NCBI GenBank assembly: GCA_012295275.1
Contig: CM022677.1
Coordinates: 12,338,001-12,402,000, forward strand
DNA length: 64,000 nucleotides
Reading direction: 5' to 3'
From: Chrysomallon squamiferum
Taxonomy: Eukaryota > Animalia > Mollusca
Part shown: positions 40,985 through 54,334 of the stretch, one piece after another
Layout: every line of letters begins with the position of its first letter
How positions within the stretch are numbered: position 1 is the stretch's first letter
Program-made: the position numbers and the translations under genes
Notes under the pieces: generated by a model
Seen by the model: the letters and a program-made list of their open reading frames with translations, nothing else
The model's database searches: none
What the model was told of the DNA's origin: nothing

Positions 40985-43201
40985 GGAACTGGTGCCTATA
41001 TCTCTAACACCTGTCTACCTCTCTACCTTTATCTCTGTCTGTTTCTATGCCTTTATCTCTATCATGTGTCAGTATACCATGATCTCTATCACTTGTCTCT
41101 GTTTCTCTATCTCGATTACATGTCTGACTCTCTCTCTCTACTTTTATCACTTGTCTGTCTCACTACCTTATCACTTTTTTCTGTTTCACTATCTATATAT
41201 TAATAATTTTGCCTGTCTCTCTTTGCTTATATCTCAATCACTTGTCTATCTCTCTAAAACCTGTCTCTATCACTCTACTTATATCTCTATCCAAAGTCCC
41301 TGTATTTCTATATCTCTCTCTGCTTATACCTGCCCCAGTCTCAGCTACCAATAATCTCTATCATTAAGGTGTTAGATAAACTAATGCAAAGATAGGATTT
41401 ATGCTACTGGCTCAAAATTTAACCACACATCTTTTTTTCTTTCTTTTTTTTTGAAAATTACTTGGTTAGAAGTATTTTTGATTATACATATACCTTTTTT
41501 ATTCCTAAATAATAATTATTTAATACAGTCTGGCCATGGAGGTTTAAACTTGCTAGATGGTTAACACCAGCTTCCTCTTATAATACTAATACTAATAATA
41601 ATACTGAAAGCAGAATCAGTAACCACCTCTGTTGATGAAGAAATGTTGTCATCATCTGGAATGTTGAGTTTTCCTTTAATGGCAGGTGATGTTTTTTTCT
41701 GTCAGTTTTATTTCACTTTTAGTTTCTGGCAAGTTTATATTCTAAGATGAAGCTAAAAATATTTAAAAAAACAAATTTGTGACACTTTTGAACAAAATAT
41801 GTGCACTTACTGACATGAGAAGTTTCACAGTTTGGATTTGAGATTCAGTTGGGAAATATTTTACCTGGTAAGTCGAGGTACCATTGTATTAGAAAAATAT
41901 TTTTAGTTGCTTATTTAAAAGGTGTCACTTCACATTGCATAAAAAAACAGGGTTTCTTTTTCAATATCTGTATAGTTAGTTACTATTAAAAACTAGTAAA
42001 AAACATACTGTATATGTTCTTAAATAAAATATATCTGTAAACTCGACATCTTTCATCAGCTCAACGAAGCAGAAATCGAGCCTCATCACTAAACCAGACA
42101 GTTCTCCATCATAATTGAGGCCAGACTCTGTGCACTAGACACCACTGACATCGTAGTTGACAATGCTGTTGACTCAAAACCACTCTTCTTACAGGCCGTC
42201 TGGCTCAAATACCTGCCTCACATTTGCACACTGTCTGAGCCGATATTCTAAGCAGACCTGGTATTGCTGAAGCAGAAGAGGTAGCAGTGGTGGTTCTTTC
42301 CCTTAGATGAAGTAACTGTATGTGGTCCTGGGCCCTGTGGTTACACATGGTCTCCCTGATCTGGGACAATCACGTGTTGTTTGGTGTTGCTGGAACTGAT
42401 ACCACAATCTCAAGATGGTGCTTGGGGTTACATGGAACACCCAGGCTATGGCCGAGAAGGATTCGCCAGCTTGTAAACGGCCGATGACGTTGTTTCATTG
42501 CTGTTCACTCAGTCGTGGCATTTGTTTGATGTTGGGTCAGAACAAAAATAATGAACAGAAGTATTCAAAAACCTTGCACCTCATATTCAAGTTTCATGTT
42601 CCATGTGCAAATGCACTGATAACATGGTTTTTTTTTAATAAACAGAAACAAACACTAACATCTCCTTTTCATTCCTGCAAACACTGGTTGATAACTTCGG
42701 TTGCAGTTCTGAGGTAAAACAAATTCCCATGTTGGTGCCCAGTCTTGATGTTCTCCACACTTTGAGAACTGCACCTTTCTTTCACATGGTCTGGTAGGAG
42801 ATGTCTTTTTTTACTTCTGTTCTAGACAATTCTGTCCAGCAGTGTTTTTAGGAAGATGGACAAAATGTTCTTGTTTCGTGGTATTCAAGTTTGAAGTACT
42901 GGGATGGTGATTAGTTTCTCTGAAGAAAAACAAACAGAAAAGTAATTAGCGTCATTTTCCCAGCATCAAGTCATGAATTCTGTATGTAACCAGTGTAACC
43001 TGTGAATGAAGAGTCTGAAGTCACACAGTGAACACACAGAGGAAGCAGAAACTGAAAGAGTTAATTAACAATCACAGCTATAACTGATATTAAATCATGA
43101 TTAGCTAAGAGTTCACACCTAGTTGGTCTGGATCCACAGTCACATCCTCCAATACACTGTATTTTTGTTTTTATTAAAAATCAGGTTTTTGACTTGCTTG
43201 A
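40985..43201. repeat. Left arm of large inverted duplication
   Basis: 41603-43201 is the reverse complement of 46034-47634 with few differences; 40985-41577 is the reverse complement of about 50355-50945. Confidence 0.9.
42034..42521 (-). mobile_element. Tc1-like transposase pseudogene fragment (N-terminal HTH through first catalytic D)
   Basis: Minus strand reads MPRLSEQQ*NNVIGRLQAGESFSAIAWVFHVTPSTI...RSGRP...WRTVWFSDEARFLL...DERCRVYR; inverted copy of 46713-47203. Confidence 0.85.
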
Positions 43202-43363
43202 GTAATAACTTGTGTTTTGGTTGTAATTAAATATTGAAGTGATAATACATATTTCATAGATCCTGCAAAGGTTTGTGTTAGTAATTTCTTTTGACTTCTA
43301 CTTGCAGTTTTTGTCAATCAAACATATGGTTGGTTCTCTGGTACACTGGACTAACATAATGAA

Positions 43364-44167
43364 AGTGGTGCTGGGGACCAATGAGCCATTATCTGGGGTA
43401 CGATGAGCCACTATGGGGTCTCACGGGCTGGTGTGGCTCACAGATCCCACTGCATTTCAGAGGAATACATAGCTATAAAATGAACGTTTTTTGTTAGATA
43501 ATTAATTATTGGCATTAGTTTTCTTCTGGATATGTTTGGTGTAAAAAGAATGCCTAGAAAGAAAGAAAAGAAGACAGAGACCTCTTCTCAACAAAGGTAA
43601 TGAAGAGCAGTGTTCACTACATCAGTGTAGCAACACAACCAAAAGATGACACCGGAGAAAATCTCCCAGGCACACTATGTGATGTCACATGTGCATTTAC
43701 TGAGCCTGTCCAGGAAGAAATAAGCTCAGTTGAGGCAGATTTGATTTTGGACGTCCCTGCTAAACCTCTTATTGCAGTCGGAAGGAAATCATACAGTTCA
43801 GTGCCAGTTTTCATGGATTTAGTCTCTAATAAGATTCACCATTAGTTAAGGACAGTTGAAACTACACTTAAACCATGAAACTGAGTCAGTGTGTTGAAAA
43901 TGTAATTCACTCCTTATTTTATTACACTATATGCAGCTCAGATGAAATTTATGAAACGAATTAAAAACAGATTTACATGTGTGTTGTTTTAGTTTCATAG
44001 GACCCCAATGGGAGGCTCACTGGTCCCTTACCCTGTAATTCTGTAGTGTAACTGAGAGCAGTGATGCCTCTATAAGCAGCAACAGTTTTTCTATCAACAG
44101 CTATCAAGTTTTCAGTGAAATAATCAAATATCTTAAAAATGGCTCATCAGTCCCCAGATCTGCTACT
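43364..44167 (+). mobile_element. Internally deleted pogo-like element / MITE with both TIRs
   Basis: Left AGTGGTGCTGGGGACCAATGAGCCATT versus right AATGGCTCATCAGTCCCCAGATCTGCTACT (inverted); subterminal GGGG..ATGAGCC repeats; residual start MPRKKEKKTE at 43550, resembling pogo-family transposase N-termini. Confidence 0.6.
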
Positions 44168-45833
44168 ATAACTCTAACCAACAGCAACAGCAGCAACAAC
44201 AACAACAATAACTAGAACAATAATTATATTAATATCAATAATAATGACCAAGATAACCATAATGATAATATAAATAATAATAATAATGATAATAAGAAAG
44301 ATAATAATAATAATAATAATCATAATCATAACAAAGATAACAATGATAATGATAGCAAACAATAAACAATATTAATAAAAGTTATCTTTCTTTCACGTGG
44401 ATACTGAAATAAGTAAATAAATACATTTAAAAAAGTACAAAAACAAATAAATAAATAAATAATATAAAATAAAATAAAGAAATAAACAAGTAAGTAAAGA
44501 CATTCCTCAGCCTTGCTACATCAAACAGTGAATATATATATAAAATATATAGTTTACAAAGAATAGTAAAATTAAAGGATTATTTTAGAAATATCTATTT
44601 AAAAAACCAGCTCCTTTCTGTTCAGATCCCAGTTCCTGGTAGTAGTTGTAGTAATAGCAGTAGTGGTAGTTGTAGTGGTTGTAATAGCAGTAGTGGTAGT
44701 TGTAGTGGTTGTAATAGCAGTATTAGTAGTAGTAGCAGTAGTAGTAGTTGTAGTAGTAGTAGTAGTAGTAGTAGTCATAGTAGTAGTAGTAGTAGTAGTA
44801 GTAGTAGCAGTAGTAGTAATAATAGTAGCAGTTGTAGTAACATAGTAGTAGCTGTAGTAGTAGTATTAGTAGTAGTATAGTAGACACAGTTAGTAATATT
44901 TATATGCTACAATGAACAGTAAGATAAGAGATTATTTAAAAACAAATATTAAGTAAAAAAGCTGAGTTCTGCTGAGGTCAGTTCTTTGCTATTTCCATTT
45001 TACACTTGTCCACTGCCAGAAACAGGAACTCTTTAAAATGTGGCATCAGGGACTCCAGCTGTAAATAAATAAATAAATAACAAGAAACAAGTAAGCAAAT
45101 AAACAAACAAATAAATAAATAAATAAACAAACAAATAAATAAATAAATAAATAAATATGCAGTGATAGAAAACAGGTAGAATTCCATTGCAGAAAAATGG
45201 TGGGGTCAGATATAAACCAATCCATTTTTATTTACTGAACTTAGTTCTGTATGATGTTTTAAAACAGTTTTGTTAATACCTGTAATACTAACAGATTCTT
45301 ACACAGGCACAAGATGTTTTATTTTACTAACAGAATTGACATTAATAAAATACTTCATATAAAGTTATTATTAATATATAGTACATATAAAGTTATTAAT
45401 AAAATATTGTATATAAAGTTATTAATAAGATATTGTATGTATAAAATTACTAATAAAACTGATATAAAATTACTTACTACAGTAGAAAATTTCACAACGG
45501 GGAACTTGAAATGTCTGATGTTTTTATTGAACTCTGAGAGTCCCTTTTTTATTTGAAATGAGTCTAAATATTTTCTGTATACTTCCATGTTTTTTCAGTT
45601 GGATTCTTTTTTTTTTTTTTTTTTTTGCTGTTTTTCTATCTTAATTAATATCAGTTGTATAACAGTTGGTATAAATAGAATATCCAAATTACTTTTTATT
45701 TGTTTTTTTTTTTTTGCTTTCCAATCTTAATAATAAAGTATAAAAAATAGTCTAGATATATTCTGCTGCTTCCAAGGTTTATTTTATTTGTCTTCTTGCA
45801 ATCCTGTCTTAATTAATAAGGTAGAAAAATAAT

Positions 45834-46033
45834 NNNNNNNNNNNNNNNNNNNNNNNNNNNNNNNNNNNNNNNNNNNNNNNNNNNNNNNNNNNNNNNNNNN
45901 NNNNNNNNNNNNNNNNNNNNNNNNNNNNNNNNNNNNNNNNNNNNNNNNNNNNNNNNNNNNNNNNNNNNNNNNNNNNNNNNNNNNNNNNNNNNNNNNNNNN
46001 NNNNNNNNNNNNNNNNNNNNNNNNNNNNNNNNN
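45834..46033. other. Assembly gap (200 N)
   Basis: Run of exactly 200 N; the round size suggests a scaffolding placeholder. Confidence 0.99.
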
Positions 46034-49000
46034 TCAAGCAAGTCAAAAACCTGATTTTTAATAAAAACAAAAATACAGTGTATTGGAGGATGTGACTGTG
46101 GATCCAGACCAACTAGGTGTGAACTCTTAGCTAATCATGACTTAATATCAGTTATAGCTGTGATTGTTAATTAACACTTTCAGTTTCTGCTTCCTCTGTG
46201 TGTTCACTGTGTGACTTCAGACTCTTCATTCACAAGTTACACTGGTTACATACAGAATTCATGACTTGATGCTGGGAAAATGACGCTAATTACTTTTCTG
46301 TTTGTTTTTCTTCAGAGAAACTAATCACCATCCCAGTACTTCAAACTTGAATACCACGAAACAAGAACATTTTGTCCATCTTCCTAAAAACACTGCTGGA
46401 CAGAATTGTCTAGAACAGAAGTAAAAAAAGACATCTCCTACCAGACCATGTGAAAGAAAGGTGCAGTTCTCAAAGTGTGGAGAACATCAAGACTGGGCAC
46501 CAACATGGGAATTTGTTTTACCTCAGAACTGCAACCGAAGTTATCAACCAGTGTTTGCAGGAATGAAAAGGAGATGTTAGTGTTTGTTTCTGTTTATTAA
46601 AAAAAAACATGTTATCAGTGCATTTGCACATGGAACATGAAACTTGAATATGAGGTGCAAAGTTTTTGAATACTTCTGTTCATTATTTTTGTTCTGACCC
46701 AACATCAAACAAATGTCACGACTAAGTGAACAGCAATGAAACAACGTCATCGGCCGTTTACAAGCTGGCGAATCCTTCTCGGCCGTAGCCCGGGTGTTCC
46801 ATGTAACCCCAAGCACCATCTTGAGATTGTGGTATCAGTTCCAGCAACACCAAACAACACGTGATTGTCCCAGATCAGGGAGACCATGTGTAACCACAGG
46901 GCCCAGGACTGCTACATACAGTTACTTCATCTAAGGGAAAGAACCACCACGGCTACCTCTTCTGCTTCAGCAATACCAGGTCTGCTTAGAATATCGGCTC
47001 AGACAGTGTGCAAATGCGAGGCAGGTATTTGAGCCAGACAGCCTGTAAGAAGAGTGGTTTTGAGTCAACAGCATTGTCAACTACGATGTCAGTGGTGTCT
47101 AGTGCACAGAGTCTGGCCTCAATTATGATGGAGAACTGTCTGGTTTAGTGATGAGGCTCGATTTCTGCTTCATTGAGATGATGGAAGATGTCGAGTTTAC
47201 AGATATATTTTATTTAAGAACATATACAGTATGTTTTTTTTTACTAGTTTTTAATATCTTAAAAGTAACTAACTATACAGATACTGAAAAAGAAACCCTG
47301 TTTTTTTATGCAATGTGAAGTGACACCTTTTAAATAAGCAACTAAAAATATTTTTCTAATACAATGGTACCTCGACTTACCAGGTAAAATATTTCCCAAC
47401 TGAATCTCAAATCCAAACTGTGAAACTTCTCATGTCAGTAAGTGCACATATTTTGTTCAAAAGTGTCACAAATTTGTTTTTTTAAATATTTTTTTAGCTT
47501 CATCTTAGAATATAAACTTGCCAGAAACTAAAAGTGAAATAAAACTGACAGAAAAAAACATCACCTGCCATTAAAAGAAAACTGAACATTCCAGAACATT
47601 CCAGCAGAGGTGGTTACTGATTCTGCTTTCAGTTTTATTATTAGTAGCAGTATTACTATTATTATTATTATTATTATTATTACTACTGTTGATATTGGTA
47701 ATCTTTAAACTCTTTTTCTTTATTATTGTCTAAATTGTCATTATTATTATTGTTCCTACAGCTGCAGCAGTAGCACTGATGTTTCTAGTGCTAGTATTAA
47801 CCATAACAGTGGTCTTAGTATTTTAGTAAATAGTATTTTAGTAACATTTATGGTTATATGTGATTATTATAATAGCAGCTGTTATTGTTTTATTTTTGTC
47901 ATAGTTAGTACTACTGGTGTTGCTGTTGATGTTGTTGTTGTTATTATAATTTCAGAACTGCAAAATGCAAGAAAACTGCTGATAAGAAGTGATGATAATT
48001 TTTTTTATTTCTTTTAGGTTCATCTTTGAATATTAATTTAGCAGAGACTAAAAGTGATATAAAACTGACAGAACAAACATCACCTGGACTCAAATGAAAA
48101 CTCAACATTCCAGATGATGACAACAGTTCTACATCAGCAGAGTTTGTTACTGATTCTGATGTCAGTATTATTATTATTATTATTGTATTTTTATTATTAT
48201 TATTTTGTTAGTAGTAGTAGTCATAGTAGTAATAATGGCAATATCATTATTAATACTTTTCTCATTGTTGCTTCTTTCTTTTTTTGTTAAATTAACATTA
48301 TCTTTATTGCAGCAATTGTAGTAGTAGCATTAAAATTAATAATTTTGATATAATTTTAGAACTAGTAATATGAGTAGTAATAGTTAATAGCAGTTATAAC
48401 ACAAACATTTGCATATTATTTTAATATTGTTTTATAGTCATTATTGTAATTATTATTATTCATATTCTTATTCTTATAGTTCTTCTTGTTGTAATTATTT
48501 TTCTTCTTATTGTTATTATTATTATTATTATGTCTTATTGTTATTATTATTACTATTACTATTATTTATTAGTAGTAGTAGTAGTAGTAGCAATAGTAGT
48601 AGAAGTAGTGTCATTATTTATGCTTTTCTCATATTTTGTTTTATCTTTTGCTTAATTCTTTTTTGTCATTATAATTACTGTTGTTGTTGTTTTCAGGACT
48701 GTGGAGGTACATCAAAGTACAGGAAGACTTGTGATGAGAAGAGAACTCCGGTGAAAGTGTGTGAGACCTAGAGATATGCATCACTTGAAAATTGTGGCCT
48801 TTTTTTTCATTAGACTTCAATGATTTTAATCGCCTTCTATTTCTATTTGCAAGTCTCTGAATGTAGGTAAATAAATAAATTAAAAATACAAGCATACAAA
48901 GATTATCAGTAAATTTATTGTTTTAGGTTCCTACACCACTGATTGAAAATCTGGTTTTCTTTCACAAAAACATCTACAAAGCCAAGCCTAAAAGCTCCAA

Positions 49001-49525
49001 CTTTACTGTTTCTAATGACAGACGTTACCTAAAATGCCAGACTCACATTAACAGTTTTACTTATGAATTATTTTGGTTAAACTTAAAGAATGAAACAAAT
49101 TATTTAAATTATTTTTAAACTTTTATCATTAACATTAGTTTTTTGTTCTCAATGTTTCAAATTTGTTTTATTTATTTACATCATTATCAGTGTATAAAAA
49201 TAAGGTAAAATGTTATAAGTTTATTGATATCATTATTGTTCTTTTATATACATGCATATATTATAATTTATTAACTGTGAGTTTCTTTGAATTGCAGCTG
49301 TTTTGTCTTAGACTGGCCCAGTGGTTGTTGTGAGGAGGATCACAGGAAGCCATTCACAGTTATGTAGAGTTAGCATTACAGGAAGTAGATCATCTTCCAG
49401 ACTGGGTCAGAGAAAACCAGTCAGCTGTCAAACAGGCTTGTTACACTTCACTGTCAAATCTGAGCAAAGTTTGCCAGTCATTATCAAATTAACTATGTTA
49501 ATCTGTGCAACTGAATTTTCCACAT

Positions 49526-49560
<35 letters not shown>

Positions 49561-50945
49561 TGTATGTATCTATATGTTTGTGCATGTTTCTGTATATGTA
49601 TATGTATGTCTGTATGTGTGTTTTTGTGTGTATGTATGTATATGTCTGTGTGTATATATATACCTAGGTATAAGTTAAAGAAACCATGTTATCTTACTCT
49701 TTTGAAGTAAGAAACGGAAGGATAGATAGATAGAATAATGGGGAATAAATGGATGGATGATATGTATCACAGTGTGGATTCAGGGATAAATGTGCAGAGA
49801 TAGGGTAAAAGAGAAAGATACAAAGATGGTTTGATCAACAGATGGTGATAAAGAGTTTGAGGGACGGATCTATAGGAAGATAACAAGACAGACTGACAGA
49901 CAGATATTTAGAAAAAGAAAGAGAGGTAGATAGACAGGTGGGTAGATAGACAGGTGGGTAGGTAGACAGGTGGGTAGGTAGACAGGTGGGTAGATAGACA
50001 GGTGGGTAGATAGGTGAATAGGTTGATACAAGTCTGTTGAATGGGCAAACCAACAGAGAGACAAACACAGACACACACATATATATATATATATATATAG
50101 ACTCACACACAGGTATCTGGATAAGTGAATACATTGACACAGATTTGCTGGATGGATTGATAACACACAGCTGTGTAGATAGATAAATCAGTAACGACCA
50201 TATTATGTAATTGGACCATTTTGAAATAAAATGTTTGATTGTTGTTGCTGTTATTGATGTGAATGCTAAGCTGGGTTATTATTCCAAACTCAAAACATTG
50301 GACTGCTAAAAATTATTCAATATATCATTAACAACTGAGCTCAGTTAGTTTCCTGAGGAAGCTGGTGTTAACTATCTATCAACTCAGCAAGTTTAAACCT
50401 GCATGGCCAGACTGTATTAAATAATTATTATACAGGAATAAAAAAAAAATGATATGTATAATCAAAAATACTTCTAACCAGGTAATTTAAAAAAAAAAAA
50501 AAAAGATGTGTGGTTAAATTTTGAGCCAGTAGCATAAATCCTATCTTTGCATTAGTTTATCTCACACATTAATGATAGAGATTATTGGTAGCTGAGACTG
50601 GGGCAGGTATAAGCAGAGAGAGATATAGAAATATAGGGACATTGGCTAGAGCTATAAGTAGAGTGATAGAGACAGGTTTTGGAGAGACAGAAGATTGAGA
50701 TAGATAAGTTTTAGAGATAAAATTAAAATATAGAGATAGTGAAACAGAAAAATTATAATATATAGGTGAAACAGAAGAAGTGATAAAGGTAGAGAAGAGA
50801 GAGAGAATCAGACATGTAATCGCGATAGAGGGACAGAGACAAGTGATAGAGATCATGGTAGACTGACAGACACATGATAGAGATAAAGACATAGAAACAG
50901 AGATAAAGGTAGAGAGGTAGACACGTGTTAGAGATACAGACACCA
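46034..50945. repeat. Right arm of large inverted duplication, with about 2.7 kb (47635-50355) absent from the left arm
   Basis: Starts TCAAGCAAGTCAAAAACCTGA, the reverse complement of 43181-43201; the outer part matches 40985-41577. Confidence 0.85.
46713..47203 (+). mobile_element. Tc1-like transposase pseudogene fragment
   Basis: MSRLSEQQ*NNVIGRLQAGESFSAVARVFHVTPSTILRLWYQFQQHQTTRDCPRSGRPCVTT...ISAQTV...GI*ARQP...WRTVWFSDEARFLLH*DDGRCRVYR: paired HTH, GRP linker and the W..V.FSDE.RF motif of Tc1 transposases; truncated before the second D and E. Confidence 0.88.
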
Positions 50946-51324
50946 GTGACAGAGATTTAGATAAAGAGAGAAAGCAATAAAGGGACAGAAACATGTATTA
51001 GTTATTTAGGACAGAGACAAGTATTGGTGATGTAGGTAAAGAAAAGGAGACATACAGGTAGAAAGACAGACAAATGATAGAGAGGAAGGCAAGTGATAGA
51101 GATAATGGCAGAGAGACATACAAGTACTAGACATGCTGGTAGAGAATCATAAACAATCAACAGAGACATATGTAGACACAGAGACAGGTGTTAGTGATTA
51201 TCTAACAAACTGAGTTTATGGTTATGAGTTAATCCATTGTATTGATTTACAGAAACAAGTTATCTCGAGATATGGTACAGTGTTTATTTTATCAAATTTC
51301 TATCAGGAAGAGATGTTATGACAT

Positions 51325-51865
51325 ATAATGTTTATTTATTAATTTCTGTTATCACAATACTGTACAGTGTTTATTTACTTATTGCTGCTAATATCACGTT
51401 TCAATGCAGTATTTACTTAATTTCTGTTATCTCGTCACTGTACAGTGTTTATTTACTTAATTTCTGTTATATCAAGTCACTGTATAGTGTTTATTTACTT
51501 AATTTCTGTTATCACATTACTGTACAGTATTTATTTACTTAATTTCTGTTATCACGTTACTGTACAGTATTTATTTACTTAATTTCTTTATTTTAATCTG
51601 TTATTGTTCAGTATTTATTTACTTAATTTCTGTTATCATGTTACTGTACAGTATTTATTTACTTAATTTCTGCTATCACGTTACTTTACAGTATTTATTT
51701 ACTTAATTTCTGTTATCATGTTACTGTACAGTATTTATTTACTTAATTTCTGTTATCATGTTACTGTACAGTATTTATTTACTTAATACTGCTAATATCA
51801 CATTACAGTATAGTATTTATGTACTTAATATCACATTACATATCCTGTATTTATTTACTTAATAC
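51325..51865. repeat. 40-bp minisatellite, about 13 copies
   Basis: Unit TTACTGTACAGTATTTATTTACTTAATTTCTGTTATCA(C/T)G; 2-3 related units also at 58060-58160. Confidence 0.92.
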
Positions 51866-52109
51866 TAGAGGAGATATTCTTCATATTTCACAGAATATAG
51901 TCGTCTACAGAGAGAAAGAATGAAAAATAAAAATAAAAATAGAAATGAAATAAAGAGTAATGATTTTGTATAAAAACATTTTGTATCTATTAAAACTGAC
52001 ATTTATTCATAAAATAAAATTAAAAAATTAAAATATTGTAACACCATAATAAAAAATAGAAATGACATAAAATGTTTTAACATGGCCAGTTTGGATACAC
52101 GATTGATAA

Positions 52110-52205
52110 GTAGTGACATCTAACTTGTATGTATTTTGAAGAAGAAACAGAACTGCAGACAATCCTTCTAAATCTTCATCAATTGAGAGGTGCGCCACTT
52201 CTAAA
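52110..52205 (-). pseudogene. P4HA: Inverted fragment of prolyl 4-hydroxylase alpha N-terminal domain
   Basis: EVAHLSIDEDLEGLSAVLFLLQNTYKLDVT resembles EHLPSYEDLEGVAAAVFRLQDTYKLNAT in the adjacent + strand copy. Confidence 0.7.
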
Positions 52206-52401
52206 TGACAGTTGTAATGCACATTTTAAACTGGGTTTCTTTTTCTTTTTCGTGTTTTCTTGAGGAGTGTTTTTTTTTTTTCTGTATGTTACTTTATTCT
52301 ATAATTTCCATAATATACGTAGACAGACAGTCAGACAAATAGAAAAATAGGTACATACATATAATCAAAGGATAACAGAAACATAACACACCAACAGTTT
52401 T

Positions 52402-52464
<63 letters not shown>

Positions 52465-52711
52465 CTCACGCCTACACACATAAACTCAAAGACAAAAACA
52501 AATGTGCAGCAAATATGAAAAAGTAAAAATAATAAAATAAATAAAATAAACAAACAAAATGTAATATAAAATAATGAAACGTGTCGTTTTATCCGCCCCC
52601 ACCACACTTTGTCTGCGAAATTTAAACTGACATGATTAGAATTAAATCGTCATAACTCTATTTTTATACCAGATATTTAGGTATTCATATCAGTAGTAGA
52701 TACATTCAAAT

Positions 52712-54130
52712 ATGTATAGCAGTACACTATTTTAGTTTTGCTTTTATCAGCTGTGAATTCAAAACTGTATCACATCTGTACAACTCTGTACTAGCAGGAA
52801 GAGACTTGGCAACAGCATTAAGAAATTTCAGTCTATGTTTATGAAGAAAGAACTAAAATGGAAAAGTTGAAAACAATTTCAGATCAAATGAAACAGCACT
52901 GTTCGATCGCACTAAACGATCCAAATCGTTACAAAGCCAACCCAATTGGTACATTTTTATATATTAAACGTTTCACGTTGGATTGGGAACGAGATGTTCA
53001 GCCTATTCCCACGAAAGTATTACGTCCCAGACAGAATTAACCGAACTACAAGAAATTCGTGAACATCTTCCAAGTTACGAAGATTTAGAAGGGGTCGCTG
53101 CAGCTGTGTTTCGACTTCAAGACACGTACAAATTAAATGCTACAAGATTAGCAGACGGTTTTATATATGAACGATATATACAGAGATTATCAGCAGAAGA
53201 CAGTTATCAGTTAGGTCGCCTTGCATACAAAATGAAAAAAATACAAATATGTGCATATCTGAATGGAGACAAGTCTTGAGAAAGTAAGAACACAAAAATT
53301 CATGGTAATACACGGTAGAGAATTAGCTCGTGGACAAAAACGTGCTCCCAACAGAAGGAAAAAGTATTTAAGTATATCAAAACTTAGGAAAGAAAAGAGA
53401 AAAGAAAATTCCAGAGTTAAAGAAAAAACAACTTTGGATGCTCTCTGTCATGGTGAAGACGTTATTAAAGTACGACAGCGACATCGTTTGAAATGTCGCT
53501 ACCACTGCAATATCAAAAATCTGCTTCTAATTCTTAAGCCTGCTAAAGAAGAGATTCTGCATTTCTCACCGAAAATTGTTCTCTATAATGGGTTTTTTAG
53601 TGATGCTGAAATTGAAGACATTAAAACAATTTCTTTGCCACTTTTAAAAACATCTGAAATCGATAACTATGGAAAACATGTGAAATCTGAGAAAAGAATT
53701 AACAAACATACATGTCAAGGAAGAGGTTGCATAGAAGCAGACACGAGAAGTCAGAAAAGAATTGAAGCAATCACAGGTTTTTCAATGAAAGCTTCAGAAC
53801 CACTATGGAATAGACGGACAGTTCACGGCTCAAACTGACTATTTCAACATAGCAGATTCTTCCGGTGAAAACAGAATTGCCACGTGGTTAAACTATTTGA
53901 GTGATGTAGAAGGAGGTGCAACAGTGTTTCTTCATCTTGGTGTAAGAATACATCCTAAAGCAGGTGCAGCTATATTTTTGTATAATTTATATCGGAATGG
54001 TTCACCTAACAAAATGACAATTCATGGAGCTTGTCCCGTTCTGATTGGCTCTAAATGGGTGGCCGCGTACTGGTTTCTAAAAAAGGGACAAGAATTCAAG
54101 CGGCCATGGTCCACAAATCCAGAAGAATAA
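52712..54130 (+). pseudogene. P4HA: Intronless collagen prolyl 4-hydroxylase alpha subunit pseudogene, copy 1
   Basis: NPIGTFLYIKRFTLDW, EDLEGVAAAVFRLQDTYKL, LSAEDSYQLGR, ALCHGE, LKCRY..LLILKPAKEE, RIEAITG, NRIATWLNYLSDVEGGATVF, TIHGACPVLIGSKWV. Several frameshifts and deletions; the metal-binding HxD is mutated to QTD. Confidence 0.92.
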
Positions 54131-54334
54131 ATGAAATCAGTGTAACTTTTAATGTGCGCAGGTCCTAGAAAGAGGTTTCTTGCTTATTGATTAATGTTTG
54201 GTTTGTAAATATTTTACATAGGCAATTATGTTAAAAAAAAAAAATGATTACTCTCGTTCAAAATATAATGATTACGTCTTGTAGCTTGAGTTTCTTCAAC
54301 TTCTAAGAATCAGTGCAAATGTTACACTTTGTCT

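Noticed and set aside
42415-42717. ORF MVLGVTWNT... and its copy at 46577-46819
   Set aside because: Antisense shadow of the Tc1 transposase relic; conserved only because of the inverted duplication.
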